Source: a bacterium
GTDB lineage: Bacteria; Patescibacteriota; Minisyncoccia; Phycocordibacterales; UBA5272
NCBI GenBank assembly: GCA_043765155.1
Contig: JAYUJP010000001.1
Span: 19,268-83,267, forward strand
Direction of reading: 5' to 3'
Length of the DNA stretch: 64,000 nt
Shown here piece by piece: positions 1-9,064 of the stretch. Both the position numbers and the translations under genes were made by a program. Under the pieces are notes generated by a model. That model was not told the DNA's origin and searched no databases. It saw only the letters and a program-made list of their open reading frames with translations. The first letter of the stretch is position 1. The number at the start of each line of letters is the position of its first letter.

Positions 1-1084
1 CCGTATACATCAGGAAGAGGACACGGCTAAGAGCGATCATGAAAAAGGAGGCTATACTCTACTTGATTTTAACCGTGCCGCAGTGCCGCTAATGGAGCTA
101 GTGACTGAGCCGATAACTTATACTAGTAAAGAAGAGGCGGCAAGTAAGTCAGCAGACTTTGGCAAGGCTTTGCAAAGGTTACTTAGAACCCTAGAAGTTA
201 GTGACGCTAATATGGACAAGGGGCAATTAAGACTTGAGGCAAATATTTCAATAACTCTAGACCCGAAAAAATTTGGTACCAAATGCGAAGTTAAAAATCT
301 TAACTCATTTAACTCGGTAGAAAAAGCCATTATCTATGAGGTTAATAGGCATACCGACATGCTAGCGAGAGGCGAGACTATAATCCAAGAGACACGCGGC
401 TGGGATGAAAACAAATTAGAAACATTTTCACAAAGGAAAAAAGAAAATGCTCATGATTATAGATATTTCCCTTGCCCTGATCTTCCTAAAATGTACCTGC
501 ATGAGATGTTCGACCTAGAGCAGATGAAAAAGGATTTGCCAGAATTACCCGAGGCAAAGAAGCTTAGATTAGAATCATATGGTATTAATGAAAAGCAAGT
601 AACTGGATTGCTTGATGATATAGAGATGGGTAAATATTATGACTCTGCCTGTGCTGATTTAAATAATACAGAAGATAAGAAAACTTTGGCTAATTATCTA
701 CTTGGTGATGCGGCTGGTTTTATGTCAAAAGATACTAACCTAAAGTTACCAGCTCCTAATAATCTTGCAAAGATAATTCTAATGATATCTGAGAGTAAGC
801 TGTCGAGCCGCGGAGCAAAAGATTTACTGCTCAATATAATGGGTGATGACGTAGCTGATTCAGAATTAGAAACTCGCGCAAAAGATTTGGGACTAATACA
901 AAATTCTGACCCAGAAGCTACGAAAAACATAGTGATGAAAGTTATAGAGCAAGATGCAGAAAAATGGGCTGAGTACAAAGCTGGAGCTGACAAGCTTGAA
1001 ATGTACTTTGTGGGTAAATGCATGAAAGAGGCAGCCGGCAGCGGTAATCCAAAAGTCTTTATAGAGATAATAAAAAGTATCTAG
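1..1084 (+). CDS. gatB: Asp/Glu-tRNA(Asn/Gln) amidotransferase subunit B, C-terminal part. The gene starts upstream of the window: the frame is open from position 2 and reads ...YTLLDFNRAAVPLMELV.
   Basis: It has the GatB motifs LLDFNRAxVPLxE and LEANISI/RxEANISI and a C-terminal GatB/YqeY-like domain. The ORF track ORF at 83..1084 is in the same frame. Confidence 0.85.
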   Translation, partial: RIHQEEDTAKSDHEKGGYTLLDFNRAAVPLMELVTEPITYTSKEEAASKSADFGKALQRLLRTLEVSDANMDKGQLRLEANISITLDPKKFGTKCEVKNLNSFNSVEKAIIYEVNRHTDMLARGETIIQETRGWDENKLETFSQRKKENAHDYRYFPCPDLPKMYLHEMFDLEQMKKDLPELPEAKKLRLESYGINEKQVTGLLDDIEMGKYYDSACADLNNTEDKKTLANYLLGDAAGFMSKDTNLKLPAPNNLAKIILMISESKLSSRGAKDLLLNIMGDDVADSELETRAKDLGLIQNSDPEATKNIVMKVIEQDAEKWAEYKAGADKLEMYFVGKCMKEAAGSGNPKVFIEIIKSI

Positions 1085-1097
1085 ATTTAATATTAAT

Positions 1098-1128
1098 AAA
1101 GCGGCACCTTCGGTGCCGCTTTATTTTA
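1098..1128. terminator. GC-rich hairpin (aaaGCGGCACC-ttcg-GGTGCCGCttt) flanked by an A-tract and a T-tract. It is a bidirectional intrinsic terminator between gatB and the convergent membrane-protein gene.
   Basis: Perfect 8-bp GC stem with a TTCG loop and a T-run downstream. It lies between convergent genes. Confidence 0.6.
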
Positions 1129-1701
1129 TATTATCTCCACACTTTTTACACTTTTTCTATATTTCCAAAGGAGAGTTAATCCAAAGGTAACAGTTACAAA
1201 TATAACTACAAATTTATATCTTATCCATACATCTGGTGAGAAATTTCTACGTATATACTCATTGGTGACACCAAAAGTAATTAGAAAGGTGGCCCAGTAA
1301 TACGAAAGATGCACCCATGTCTGTATATCAAGGTCAAATATATGCCCAAAGAATTTTTTTATGATGGGTATTCTCATAATACCTGTTATAAGTATAGTTG
1401 TGCCTAATGCTATATCATAAAAAGTGTCACGCATCTGCACATAAATAGGATCCCTGAGCAATAATGTTAAGCTCCCGAAAAATGTAGTCTCAAGGCATAT
1501 AAAAAGAGCTATATAAGGCAGTCTCTTTTCTTTGTGAAAAGTGTAAAAAGTAAAGCTAATAGTCGCTACAATAAGTAAAAATGTTGAAGTGTAAAAGTTT
1601 TTAGTTATCTCAAAAGTGGCCAAAAATATAAATATCGGAATAAATTCAAATAGGCATTTTATTATTAGTTTTGAATAATGTATTATATTTTTTTTGTTCA
1701 T
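1126..1701 (-). CDS. Polytopic inner-membrane protein, 191 aa. It may belong to the intracellular septation protein A (YciB/IspZ) family.
   Basis: Five to six predicted TM helices and a basic C-terminus. Length and hydropathy pattern are consistent with YciB. The family assignment is tentative. Confidence 0.4.
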   Translation of the reverse strand: MNKKNIIHYSKLIIKCLFEFIPIFIFLATFEITKNFYTSTFLLIVATISFTFYTFHKEKRLPYIALFICLETTFFGSLTLLLRDPIYVQMRDTFYDIALGTTILITGIMRIPIIKKFFGHIFDLDIQTWVHLSYYWATFLITFGVTNEYIRRNFSPDVWIRYKFVVIFVTVTFGLTLLWKYRKSVKSVEII

Positions 1702-1762
1702 ATTTTCTATTATTAATTAACACTTTTGTGTTATAATTTATATTACATTATATAATAAAAAC

Positions 1763-2479
1763 ATGAAAAAAGATATACTAAAAAATATTTCGATATTAAT
1801 AGGAGCGACAATAATAGGGCTCAGCATACTTGGGGGATTTTATTTAAATAATAAAATGGGAAATAGTGGCAAAAATGACTTTGTTGATCCTGATTCGTTT
1901 TTCTCAGGACGAGAATTTAAAAAAGAGGAATTTCTGATTGGCAGCGGAAGCAAAAAAGTAATCTTGCTAGAATACTCTGATCTTGAGTGTCCATTTTGCA
2001 AAAAATTACATATAGATACAATGCAAGAAATATATAAAAATTATGGCTCAAAAGTAGACATAGCATTTCGTCATTTCCCCCTACCTTTTCATAAAAAGGC
2101 TAAGACAGAGGCTACAGCCACACTTTGCGCCCGTGATATTGGCGGTCAACAGGCTTACAAAAATTATATAGGTAAAATATATGAAAAAACTCAAGGCAAT
2201 GATAGCCTAGACCTAAATACTTTGCCTGATATAGCAAAAGAGATAGGGTTAAATGTTACCAGCTTTAACTCTTGTATGAGTAATGCTAGTAGCTCAGAAA
2301 CAAAATTAGCGTTAATAGAATCGGATATACAAGATGGTATATCAGCCGGAGTAGAAGGCACACCAAATGTATTTGTACTTATCAAGGATGGACAGGATTA
2401 TAAAAAGTTCACAATTATAAATGGCGCAAGAGATTATAAATATGTCTCAAAGGTTATAGATCAAGCTTTGAAGCAATAA
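1763..2479 (+). CDS. DsbA-family thiol:disulfide oxidoreductase, membrane-anchored, with a CPFC active site.
   Basis: N-terminal TM/signal anchor, and the thioredoxin-fold CxxC motif ECPFCKK followed by a DsbA-like helical insertion. Confidence 0.7.
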   Translation: MKKDILKNISILIGATIIGLSILGGFYLNNKMGNSGKNDFVDPDSFFSGREFKKEEFLIGSGSKKVILLEYSDLECPFCKKLHIDTMQEIYKNYGSKVDIAFRHFPLPFHKKAKTEATATLCARDIGGQQAYKNYIGKIYEKTQGNDSLDLNTLPDIAKEIGLNVTSFNSCMSNASSSETKLALIESDIQDGISAGVEGTPNVFVLIKDGQDYKKFTIINGARDYKYVSKVIDQALKQ

Positions 2480-2505
2480 GACTTTAAGAATTAAAGCTTA
2501 GCTAA

Positions 2506-2540
2506 ATAGCGCCGCCCTACGGGCGGCGCTATTTATTTGT
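2506..2540. terminator. Intrinsic terminator hairpin (AGCGCCGCCC-tac-GGGCGGCGCT) followed by a T-tract.
   Basis: Perfect 10-bp GC stem followed by ATTTATTTGTT. It lies downstream of the DsbA-like gene and, on the other strand, of rpiB. Confidence 0.6.
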
Positions 2541-2571
2541 TACTTATTTTTTGTATTTCTTTATATACTTT

Positions 2572-3072
2572 TTATCTTTCTATATTCTCCACTCTTTTGG
2601 CATGCTTACCCCCAGCAAAATCTGTTGAGAAAAATATCTCTATAGCTTTTTTGCATTCATCTATATCTAAAAATCTAGCCCCAAAAGAGATACTGTTGGC
2701 ATTGTTATGCTCGCGGCCTAATTTTATAATATCAAGATTACCGCCATAATATGTAGTACATCTAACTCCTTTGTACCTATTCATGACTATCGCTTCGCCC
2801 TCTCCGCTACCGCCAAATACAAAGGCTACACTTAGAATGTCGTTCTCAATATCATCAGCGAGTGCCCCGCCAGCTTTGTGTATATAATCAGTATAATCAT
2901 CAAGCTCATTATATACATGTGAGCCCATATCTATAATTTCAAAATTAGACCCCCTATTTTCACTTTTAAATTCACCCTCAAGATATTTCTTAATTTCACT
3001 TTTCATCTCAAGTCCCGCATGATCACAGGCCAGATATATATTTTGTATATTATTTGAATTTAAATTATGCAT
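2572..3072 (-). CDS. rpiB: Ribose-5-phosphate isomerase B (RpiB/LacAB family).
   Basis: N-terminal LACDHAG motif and a conserved central GGSGxGE-like motif (FGGSGEGEAI). The length of 166 aa is typical. Confidence 0.8.
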   Translation of the reverse strand: MHNLNSNNIQNIYLACDHAGLEMKSEIKKYLEGEFKSENRGSNFEIIDMGSHVYNELDDYTDYIHKAGGALADDIENDILSVAFVFGGSGEGEAIVMNRYKGVRCTTYYGGNLDIIKLGREHNNANSISFGARFLDIDECKKAIEIFFSTDFAGGKHAKRVENIER

Positions 3073-3120
3073 ATCTTTTATTTACTACTTATCAACTTGA
3101 TTCTAATTATTTTAAAATAT

Positions 3121-4305
3121 TTATAATAACTTAGCGACTTTTTCTGCATGCATAACAAGGGTATTAGTATATCCCATCTCATTATCATACCAGCCCAAAA
3201 CTTTTACTAGGTTACCGCCAACTACGCGTGTCATCTTGAGATCCGCGATGCTGGCAAAATGTGATCCCTGTATATCACTACTCACTAGCTCCTCATCACT
3301 AGCATCAAAAATATTCTTCCATTTATCCTGCTTTGCAGCATCTCTTAAGATATTATTAATCTCCTCTGTACTAGTTTCCCTTTTGGCGATAAAGGTAATA
3401 TCAACAATGGACCCCGCTGCTACCGGTACACGCATCGCTATACCGTCAAATCTGCCGTCCAGCTGCGTAAATACCTTACCCACAGCAATAGCAGCCCCAG
3501 TGCTACTTGGTACTATATTCTGCGCTCCTGCTCTACCCTCTCTATAATCTTTTTTATTTGGACCGTCTACAATAGACTGGCTTGCTGTATAGGCATGCAC
3601 AGTATTAAGCATTGCCTTTTCTATACCAACAGTAGCGTCGAGTATGGCGATAAGCGGTGATGAGGCATTAGTGGTGCATGAGGCATTAGACGTTATGTCA
3701 CATACGCTAAGCTTGTTTTCGTTTACAGACATGAGCACAGTCTCGCCCATAACTGACTTATCCTCGCCTGCCTTGGCCGGAGCCGAGATTATCACCCTTT
3801 TCGCTCCGCAGATGATATGAACTTTTGCCTTGTCATAACTTGTAAATAGTCCAGTGCTCTCGATAACAATATCAATATTCAAGTCCTTCCAAGGTAGCAG
3901 TAATGGATCTCTCTGTGACAGGAATTTAATTTTCTGGCTACTATCTTTTGTTTTTTTGTCAGGGCTTGCATTTACTTCTACCTTACTTGCGCCGCCTTCG
4001 GCGGCGCTGCTCTTAATTATTAGATATTTCTCCGTCTCACTCACCTCTTCTATCTCCACCTCAAAATTACTCCTCTTATATACTGTGTCATACTTAAGCA
4101 GGTAGGCCATATTATGTATATCACCTAGGTCATTCACAGCGACAACTTCAAAGTTTTCATTTGCTAATGACATTTTTAAAAATGCTCGGCCTATACGCCC
4201 AAATCCGTTGATAGCAACTCTTTTTTTATCTTGAGTTTTTATTTCTTCTTTATTTTCTTCCCCCATAATTAGCGCACTATTTTTTATACTATTTAAAATA
4301 TTCAT
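3121..4305 (-). CDS. gap: Glyceraldehyde-3-phosphate dehydrogenase with a lineage-specific insertion of about 45 aa and an N-terminal extension.
   Basis: NAD-binding motif INGFGRIGR, catalytic-Cys motif ASCTTNA, and a C-terminal WYDNE motif. Confidence 0.85.
   Translation of the reverse strand: MNILNSIKNSALIMGEENKEEIKTQDKKRVAINGFGRIGRAFLKMSLANENFEVVAVNDLGDIHNMAYLLKYDTVYKRSNFEVEIEEVSETEKYLIIKSSAAEGGASKVEVNASPDKKTKDSSQKIKFLSQRDPLLLPWKDLNIDIVIESTGLFTSYDKAKVHIICGAKRVIISAPAKAGEDKSVMGETVLMSVNENKLSVCDITSNASCTTNASSPLIAILDATVGIEKAMLNTVHAYTASQSIVDGPNKKDYREGRAGAQNIVPSSTGAAIAVGKVFTQLDGRFDGIAMRVPVAAGSIVDITFIAKRETSTEEINNILRDAAKQDKWKNIFDASDEELVSSDIQGSHFASIADLKMTRVVGGNLVKVLGWYDNEMGYTNTLVMHAEKVAKLL
3989..4007. 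repeat. Perfect GC-rich palindrome (GCGCCGCC-ttcg-GCGGCGC) embedded in frame inside the gap-specific insertion. It resembles the terminator stems of this genome.
   Basis: It has the same stem family as the intergenic terminators at 1.1, 2.5, 9.0, 11.0 and 50.3 kb. It encodes AAEGGAS within gap. Confidence 0.5.
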
Positions 4306-4423
4306 ATTTTTTACTTAGTTATATTATAGCAGAAATTTAACTTAAAATATCACAAATAAAAACCTTTTCCACAAGATAATAAAAGCTAATAATATTATAT
4401 GGATCTTATGGAATATATTATTA

Positions 4424-5020
4424 TTAATTTATGTATATTATTTCTTCTCTCAGTGCTCCTAAAGGCGCTTCAACATGAACTATTTTTTGAATCATTTTGT
4501 ACTTTAAAGCTTCTTGGGCCGATATTGTTGTGCCAGTTTCCATCATAGATTTAACTTTTTTAAGTGATATATTTGATTTTTCAGATACAAAATATGCTAT
4601 TCTGCTATTGTTTGTTTTTATAGCTGACAACTGATCTTTAAGAGCTTTTTCATCAAAATTACCAGAAACAGAAGCTCCGTGAAGATAAAATTTTGCATAA
4701 GACTCAGCGGTTCTTTCTTTAGCAGACATGTATATAACATTAGCTATAGAATCTATATGGTTTGTAGCATGTATAGCTATGGGAATTCTAGAATTTTGTA
4801 TTATTGAAGCAATAAGAAATCCGTCATATATACTACCTCCAAGTGAAGAAAATATTATTACAATTTTACTAACTGCGATACCTTCTATATTAATACTTTG
4901 AATAGCATTTACTAACCTTAATGTTGATGGCTGATCTATATCAGAAAGCTGAGTGTAGAACTCGTCATTCTTTGCTTTGTTAGCACTACGAAGGTTTTTA
5001 TTTGAAGATTTACTTTGCAT
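4424..5020 (-). CDS. ClpP/crotonase-fold serine-peptidase-like protein (peptidase S14-like) with a divergent active-site region.
   Basis: FSSLGGSIYDGFLI aligns with ClpP NSPGGxITAGMAIYD. The Ser and His regions are only partly conserved (HIDSIA, FYLHGAS). Confidence 0.45.
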   Translation of the reverse strand: MQSKSSNKNLRSANKAKNDEFYTQLSDIDQPSTLRLVNAIQSINIEGIAVSKIVIIFSSLGGSIYDGFLIASIIQNSRIPIAIHATNHIDSIANVIYMSAKERTAESYAKFYLHGASVSGNFDEKALKDQLSAIKTNNSRIAYFVSEKSNISLKKVKSMMETGTTISAQEALKYKMIQKIVHVEAPLGALREEIIYIN

Positions 5021-5040
5021 ACTTTTATTTCCAAAAGGTG

Positions 5041-5111
5041 CGGGCCCACAAGGAATCGAACCTTGACCAACGGATTTGGAGGCCGTCGTACTACCACTAT
5101 ACTATAAGCCC
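5041..5111 (-). tRNA. tRNA-Trp (anticodon CCA).
   Basis: The minus-strand sequence GGGCTTA...GTAT/GTAC D-arm...ACGGC-CTCCAAA-TCCGT...CAAGG-TTCGATT-CCTTG...TGGGCCC-G folds as a cloverleaf. The T-loop GGTTCGATTCC is present. The plus-strand ORF at 5002..5190 is spurious. Confidence 0.8.
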
Positions 5112-5266
5112 TAAAATGTTACTAAAAATGCGAACAGGATTCCCCATTCCTACAGACACACCGCTAAGCATGCACTTTTTAAGCTTGTGACTTAAAAAGA
5201 AAGTTTAACATTTTCAGTAACATATACATTATAACATAATATCCTAAAATAATAAAAGCTACATAT

Positions 5267-5298
5267 TAAAAGCTGGTCGCGAAGCGACCAGCTTTTAA
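5267..5298. terminator. Intrinsic terminator hairpin (AAAAGCTGGTCGC-gaa-GCGACCAGCTTTT) downstream of rpmG.
   Basis: 13-bp stem. U-tracts are present on both strands. Confidence 0.55.
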
Positions 5299-5325
5299 TA
5301 TGTGTTTTTGCAAAAAGGTTATATA

Positions 5326-5481
5326 TTACTTCTTGGCCTCTTTAAAGTTAACATGCTTACGTAGTTTTGGATCATATTTCTTAAGCTCTATCTTGCGAGT
5401 TACTTTCTTCTTATTTTTGGTAGTGTATATTGTAGTACCTGTTGCCTTATTTATTATTTTTATCAATCTATCTTGTGACAT
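5326..5481 (-). CDS. rpmG: 50S ribosomal protein L33 (51 aa). It was missed by the ORF track, which has a 60-aa cutoff.
   Basis: Manual translation gives MSQDRLIKIINKATGTTIYTTKNKKKVTRKIELKKYDPKLRKHVNFKEAKK. This matches the L33 signature (YxTxKNKxxxPxKLELKKYDPxxRKHVxxKE). It lacks the zinc-binding Cys residues (C-minus type). Confidence 0.8.
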   Translation of the reverse strand: MSQDRLIKIINKATGTTIYTTKNKKKVTRKIELKKYDPKLRKHVNFKEAKK

Positions 5482-5548
5482 ATATTTATTGTGTGCTGTG
5501 AATTTAGTCCTTGTATTATACTATAATTTTTATACTTTTGCAATTGTA

Positions 5549-7516
5549 TTATTTTACCAGCTCATAGTCTATAACACGCATCTCCAAGTTAGCGCTTTTG
5601 ACCCTTATTTTTAGCTTATCACCTATACGAAATATCTGCCCTGATCTCTCACCTACTATCGCATTTTTCTTTTCGTCATAATCATAAAAATCATTACCTA
5701 GGTCGCGTAGCCTTATCATACCTTCACATTTTGACTTTTTATCCTGAGCATACACCCCAAACTTTGTGACTCCAGACAGAACCCCCTCAAATACTTGCCC
5801 TATACGCTCGCTCATATACTCCACCTGCTTATACTTGATACTACCACGCTCGGCATCACTGGCCTCTTTTTCTCTATAACTTGCGTGTATACATAATTTT
5901 TCTAGTGCCATACGCTCCTCCTCTTTTGGCAGGTCACCGGTGAGTATTCTCATCAACAGTCTATGGGTGAGCACATCAGGATATCTTCTTATCGGTGAGG
6001 TAAAGTGTGAATAATGCTCAAAAGCGAGCCCATAATGCCCGACATTATGAGTGCTGTATATCGCTTTTTGCATAGATCTTGTTATATTACTCTGCAGTAA
6101 TTCTTTTTCTGGGCGACCCTCCATTCTGGTGAGTAAGTCATTGAGATCTTTGGATGGTATTGCGCCGTCGATAAATTTAACTTTTTCTCCTATGCCTTTT
6201 ATAAAAAGATCAAGGTCATGCATCTTATCAGCGTCAGGCTTATCATGTATACGATACACACATAGCGGCTCCTTTAGATCTTTTTGGCTACTTGTTATAA
6301 ATTCTGAGACTTTTCTATTAGCGAGTAGCATCAGCTCCTCGATCAGCTTATGAGTGTCACCACGATGCTTTACATATACGTCTACAGGCTTACCATTTTC
6401 GTCCAGCTTGAACTTTACCTCTTCACTATCAAGTATAAGCGCGCCGGCCTCTAATCTTTTGGCAAATAATTTTTTGGCTATTTTATTAAGAGTGTTTAGC
6501 TCTGTACTATGTAGCCCGTTTGTGTCCATACTCTCTTGAGCATTCTCATATGAGAATCTTTTGGCGCTACATATAACGCTACGTCCATACCACTCATCAT
6601 ATATTTTGCCATCCATATCAATGGTAAATACAGCTGACATTACTAGTCTGTCTTTTGCTTCTACTAATGAGCATAGATCATTTGAAAGTTCTTCGGGTAA
6701 CATAGGTATACATCTGTCCACCAGGTACACGCTGGTCTCACGCTCTATAGATTCATCATCTAGGGCCATGCCTGGGCGCACATAATGCGACACATCAGCT
6801 ATGTGGACACCGACTTCTAATTTTAAAATATTCCCCTCATTATCTTTTTCTATAACTTTATAGCTAATAGCATCGTCAAAGTCTTTTGCATCCACTGGGT
6901 CAATAGTAAAGGTTAGTACGTCACGAAAATCTCGCCTGCTACTTTTCTCCTCTTCTGTTATACCGTGTACACTTATTTCCCTCGCTTCTTTTTGTACTGA
7001 CTCATTATGCTCATCTGAGAATCCTTTTTCTATAGCATAAGCTAACATCTCGGCATTATTTTCACCAGGCTTACCCAGGTTTTTGACTACACGGCCAAAA
7101 GCAGTATCTCCGTCCACCCACTCGACTATTTCGACGGCGACTTTGTTATTTTCATCAGCTCCAAGAGTAGCGCCTTTATCAACGTAAATTTTTACATAAT
7201 TTTTGCTATCATGTGGGGCAAAAATATAATACTTATCATCTTTACTTTCTAGCTCAGTATTTATTATTAATTTACCAGCATGGGCGCGCTTACTTTTATT
7301 TATAACTGAGATAACTTTACCATAATAACCATCCTCATCTTTGCCCGATATCTCGACTAACACTCTGTCACCTTGCATCGCTCTATTTAGATATTTGTGC
7401 ATTACAAATACGCTCTCATAGTCGAGCTCGGGCATTTTTATATATGCATCACAACCTGATTCATTTGCTTTCGTCAGAGTCACCTGCCCCTCATATCTTT
7501 TTCCATCTAGATTCAT
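5549..7516 (-). CDS. rnr: Ribonuclease R / RNase II-family 3'-5' exoribonuclease with a C-terminal S1 domain.
   Basis: N-terminal cold-shock/OB region, a central RNB catalytic domain (DxxDxDDA-like VDAKDFDDAIS) and a C-terminal S1-like segment. Confidence 0.85.
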   Translation of the reverse strand: MNLDGKRYEGQVTLTKANESGCDAYIKMPELDYESVFVMHKYLNRAMQGDRVLVEISGKDEDGYYGKVISVINKSKRAHAGKLIINTELESKDDKYYIFAPHDSKNYVKIYVDKGATLGADENNKVAVEIVEWVDGDTAFGRVVKNLGKPGENNAEMLAYAIEKGFSDEHNESVQKEAREISVHGITEEEKSSRRDFRDVLTFTIDPVDAKDFDDAISYKVIEKDNEGNILKLEVGVHIADVSHYVRPGMALDDESIERETSVYLVDRCIPMLPEELSNDLCSLVEAKDRLVMSAVFTIDMDGKIYDEWYGRSVICSAKRFSYENAQESMDTNGLHSTELNTLNKIAKKLFAKRLEAGALILDSEEVKFKLDENGKPVDVYVKHRGDTHKLIEELMLLANRKVSEFITSSQKDLKEPLCVYRIHDKPDADKMHDLDLFIKGIGEKVKFIDGAIPSKDLNDLLTRMEGRPEKELLQSNITRSMQKAIYSTHNVGHYGLAFEHYSHFTSPIRRYPDVLTHRLLMRILTGDLPKEEERMALEKLCIHASYREKEASDAERGSIKYKQVEYMSERIGQVFEGVLSGVTKFGVYAQDKKSKCEGMIRLRDLGNDFYDYDEKKNAIVGERSGQIFRIGDKLKIRVKSANLEMRVIDYELVK

Positions 7517-7648
7517 ATTTTTATTAATTTTAATTTTTTGTTATTTTTTATATAAAATTACTTATTTATATAATTCATTTACTTACTTCATTATAACATA
7601 AAAATAACAAGAAAATATAATTGGATTTTAATATAGAATATTTGACTT

Positions 7649-8953
7649 TTAATTACTATTTTTAATTTCTAATTTATTTTTCTTTAAAAAATCTAATCTA
7701 CTCAAAATTACAAGCAAAATAACCTGAGAAATACTGCTCATAAGATAGGCTTTTGCCAAAAAAGTATAGTCATAGCCCATCTTATAAAAATAAGTTAGTG
7801 ATACGCACAATATGGCAAAAGAAAAGACTTGTATCATGGTTATAAGCTTAACCCTATGCATGGCCATCATGGCCCTAGCATAATACTGTTCCAAATTTAA
7901 AAAAGGTATGGCGAGTATAAGTATGTAAAACAGCTCTAGCACTTGCTTATTGTCATTATATATAATCTTTACTATAAATGGTGCAAACACAAAAGCAAGC
8001 ACGCAGAATAAAATAGAAAATACAAATATCTCAATAGTATTTTTCTTAACTTCTTTTTTAAGTTTTTCATTTTCTCCTTTTTCAAAATATTCAGAAAGTA
8101 TGGGGAAGCTAGCAACCGAGTAACTTGTCGCAAAAAACTGTACCGCCATATTAACAAGATTAGTCGCAAAAGTAAAAACTGATATAACTCCTACCCCCAA
8201 AAATCCTGCAAATATAGTAATTATAAATTGCTTGAGGCTCAGTATAATAAAAGCTGCGCTACGCCATAACGCAGTAGGTGCTATATTTTTTATATAAGAA
8301 AAGTTAAAGTATACTAAATTTATATCTATCTTATTCTTAAATATAAAAATAGAATTAATAAAAAGATGCATCAGAGCTCCAAGTAATACTCCATATGCTA
8401 GGCCATACACACCATAATTTTTGTAAAAGAAAATAATACCTATTATAATACCAGCATTATAAAACACTGGCGCCATGGCATAATACAAAAAGTTTTTGTA
8501 AGTCTGAGCCACGCATACTAACAAGTTAGAGATTCCTAGCATTATAGGCTGTATTAACATTATCTTGGACAAGTGTGAAAGAGTGGCGAGATTCTCAGCT
8601 GAAAAAGCGGGGAATAATTTGTGTAAAAATAAGTCGAGAGTGAGTATTATAATAATAGAAAATAAAGTCATGGCACCATTAAAAAACACAAATAGTGAAG
8701 CTAACTTTTTCTCAAATTCCGCCTTATCATTTTTGACAAGTGATGAAGTTAAAAATGGCACCACGATAGTTATACCCACAAAAGATACAAATATAGCCAT
8801 TATGAGATCTGGTATTTTAAAGCTGGCATTATAAATATCTAAAAGTGCGCCCACCCCAACAATAGATATAAGTAGCTTATCACGTAGCACCCCAAGTGCC
8901 TGCGAGATAATAGTAAAAAAGGCTATTATAAATGTATTTTTGTAGAGATTCAT
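7649..8953 (-). CDS. murJ: Lipid II flippase MurJ/MviN-family membrane protein (short form, 434 aa).
   Basis: N-terminal ALGxxRDxLxxxxxGxGxxxDxYxxAFKIP motif and about 12 TM helices. Confidence 0.65.
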   Translation of the reverse strand: MNLYKNTFIIAFFTIISQALGVLRDKLLISIVGVGALLDIYNASFKIPDLIMAIFVSFVGITIVVPFLTSSLVKNDKAEFEKKLASLFVFFNGAMTLFSIIIILTLDLFLHKLFPAFSAENLATLSHLSKIMLIQPIMLGISNLLVCVAQTYKNFLYYAMAPVFYNAGIIIGIIFFYKNYGVYGLAYGVLLGALMHLFINSIFIFKNKIDINLVYFNFSYIKNIAPTALWRSAAFIILSLKQFIITIFAGFLGVGVISVFTFATNLVNMAVQFFATSYSVASFPILSEYFEKGENEKLKKEVKKNTIEIFVFSILFCVLAFVFAPFIVKIIYNDNKQVLELFYILILAIPFLNLEQYYARAMMAMHRVKLITMIQVFSFAILCVSLTYFYKMGYDYTFLAKAYLMSSISQVILLVILSRLDFLKKNKLEIKNSN

Positions 8954-8995
8954 ACTTAAAATTAATTCTAATATATATTATATCATAAAATATTA

Positions 8996-9040
8996 ACAGG
9001 CGCCCGCTTCGCGGGCGCCTGTTAGGGATTTATTTGTTTT
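8996..9040. terminator. Intrinsic terminator hairpin (AACAGGCGCCCGC-ttcg-GCGGGCGCCTGTT) downstream of the ABC exporter gene on the minus strand.
   Basis: Perfect 13-bp GC stem. Confidence 0.5.
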
Positions 9041-9064
9041 CGTTTTTATTTATAATATACTTTT

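Noticed and set aside
118-1023. Antisense ORFs inside gatB (118..330 and 694..1023, minus strand).
   Set aside because: They are fully embedded in a well-supported gatB reading frame and have low-complexity, Ser/Leu-rich translations typical of spurious antisense frames.
3236-4105. Plus-strand ORFs 3236..3547 and 3854..4105 inside gap.
   Set aside because: They are antisense to a confidently identified GAPDH. Their translations are low-complexity with no family.
5002-5190. A 62-aa plus-strand ORF overlapping tRNA-Trp.
   Set aside because: The region folds as a canonical tRNA on the minus strand. The ORF runs through a structural RNA gene and is not credible.
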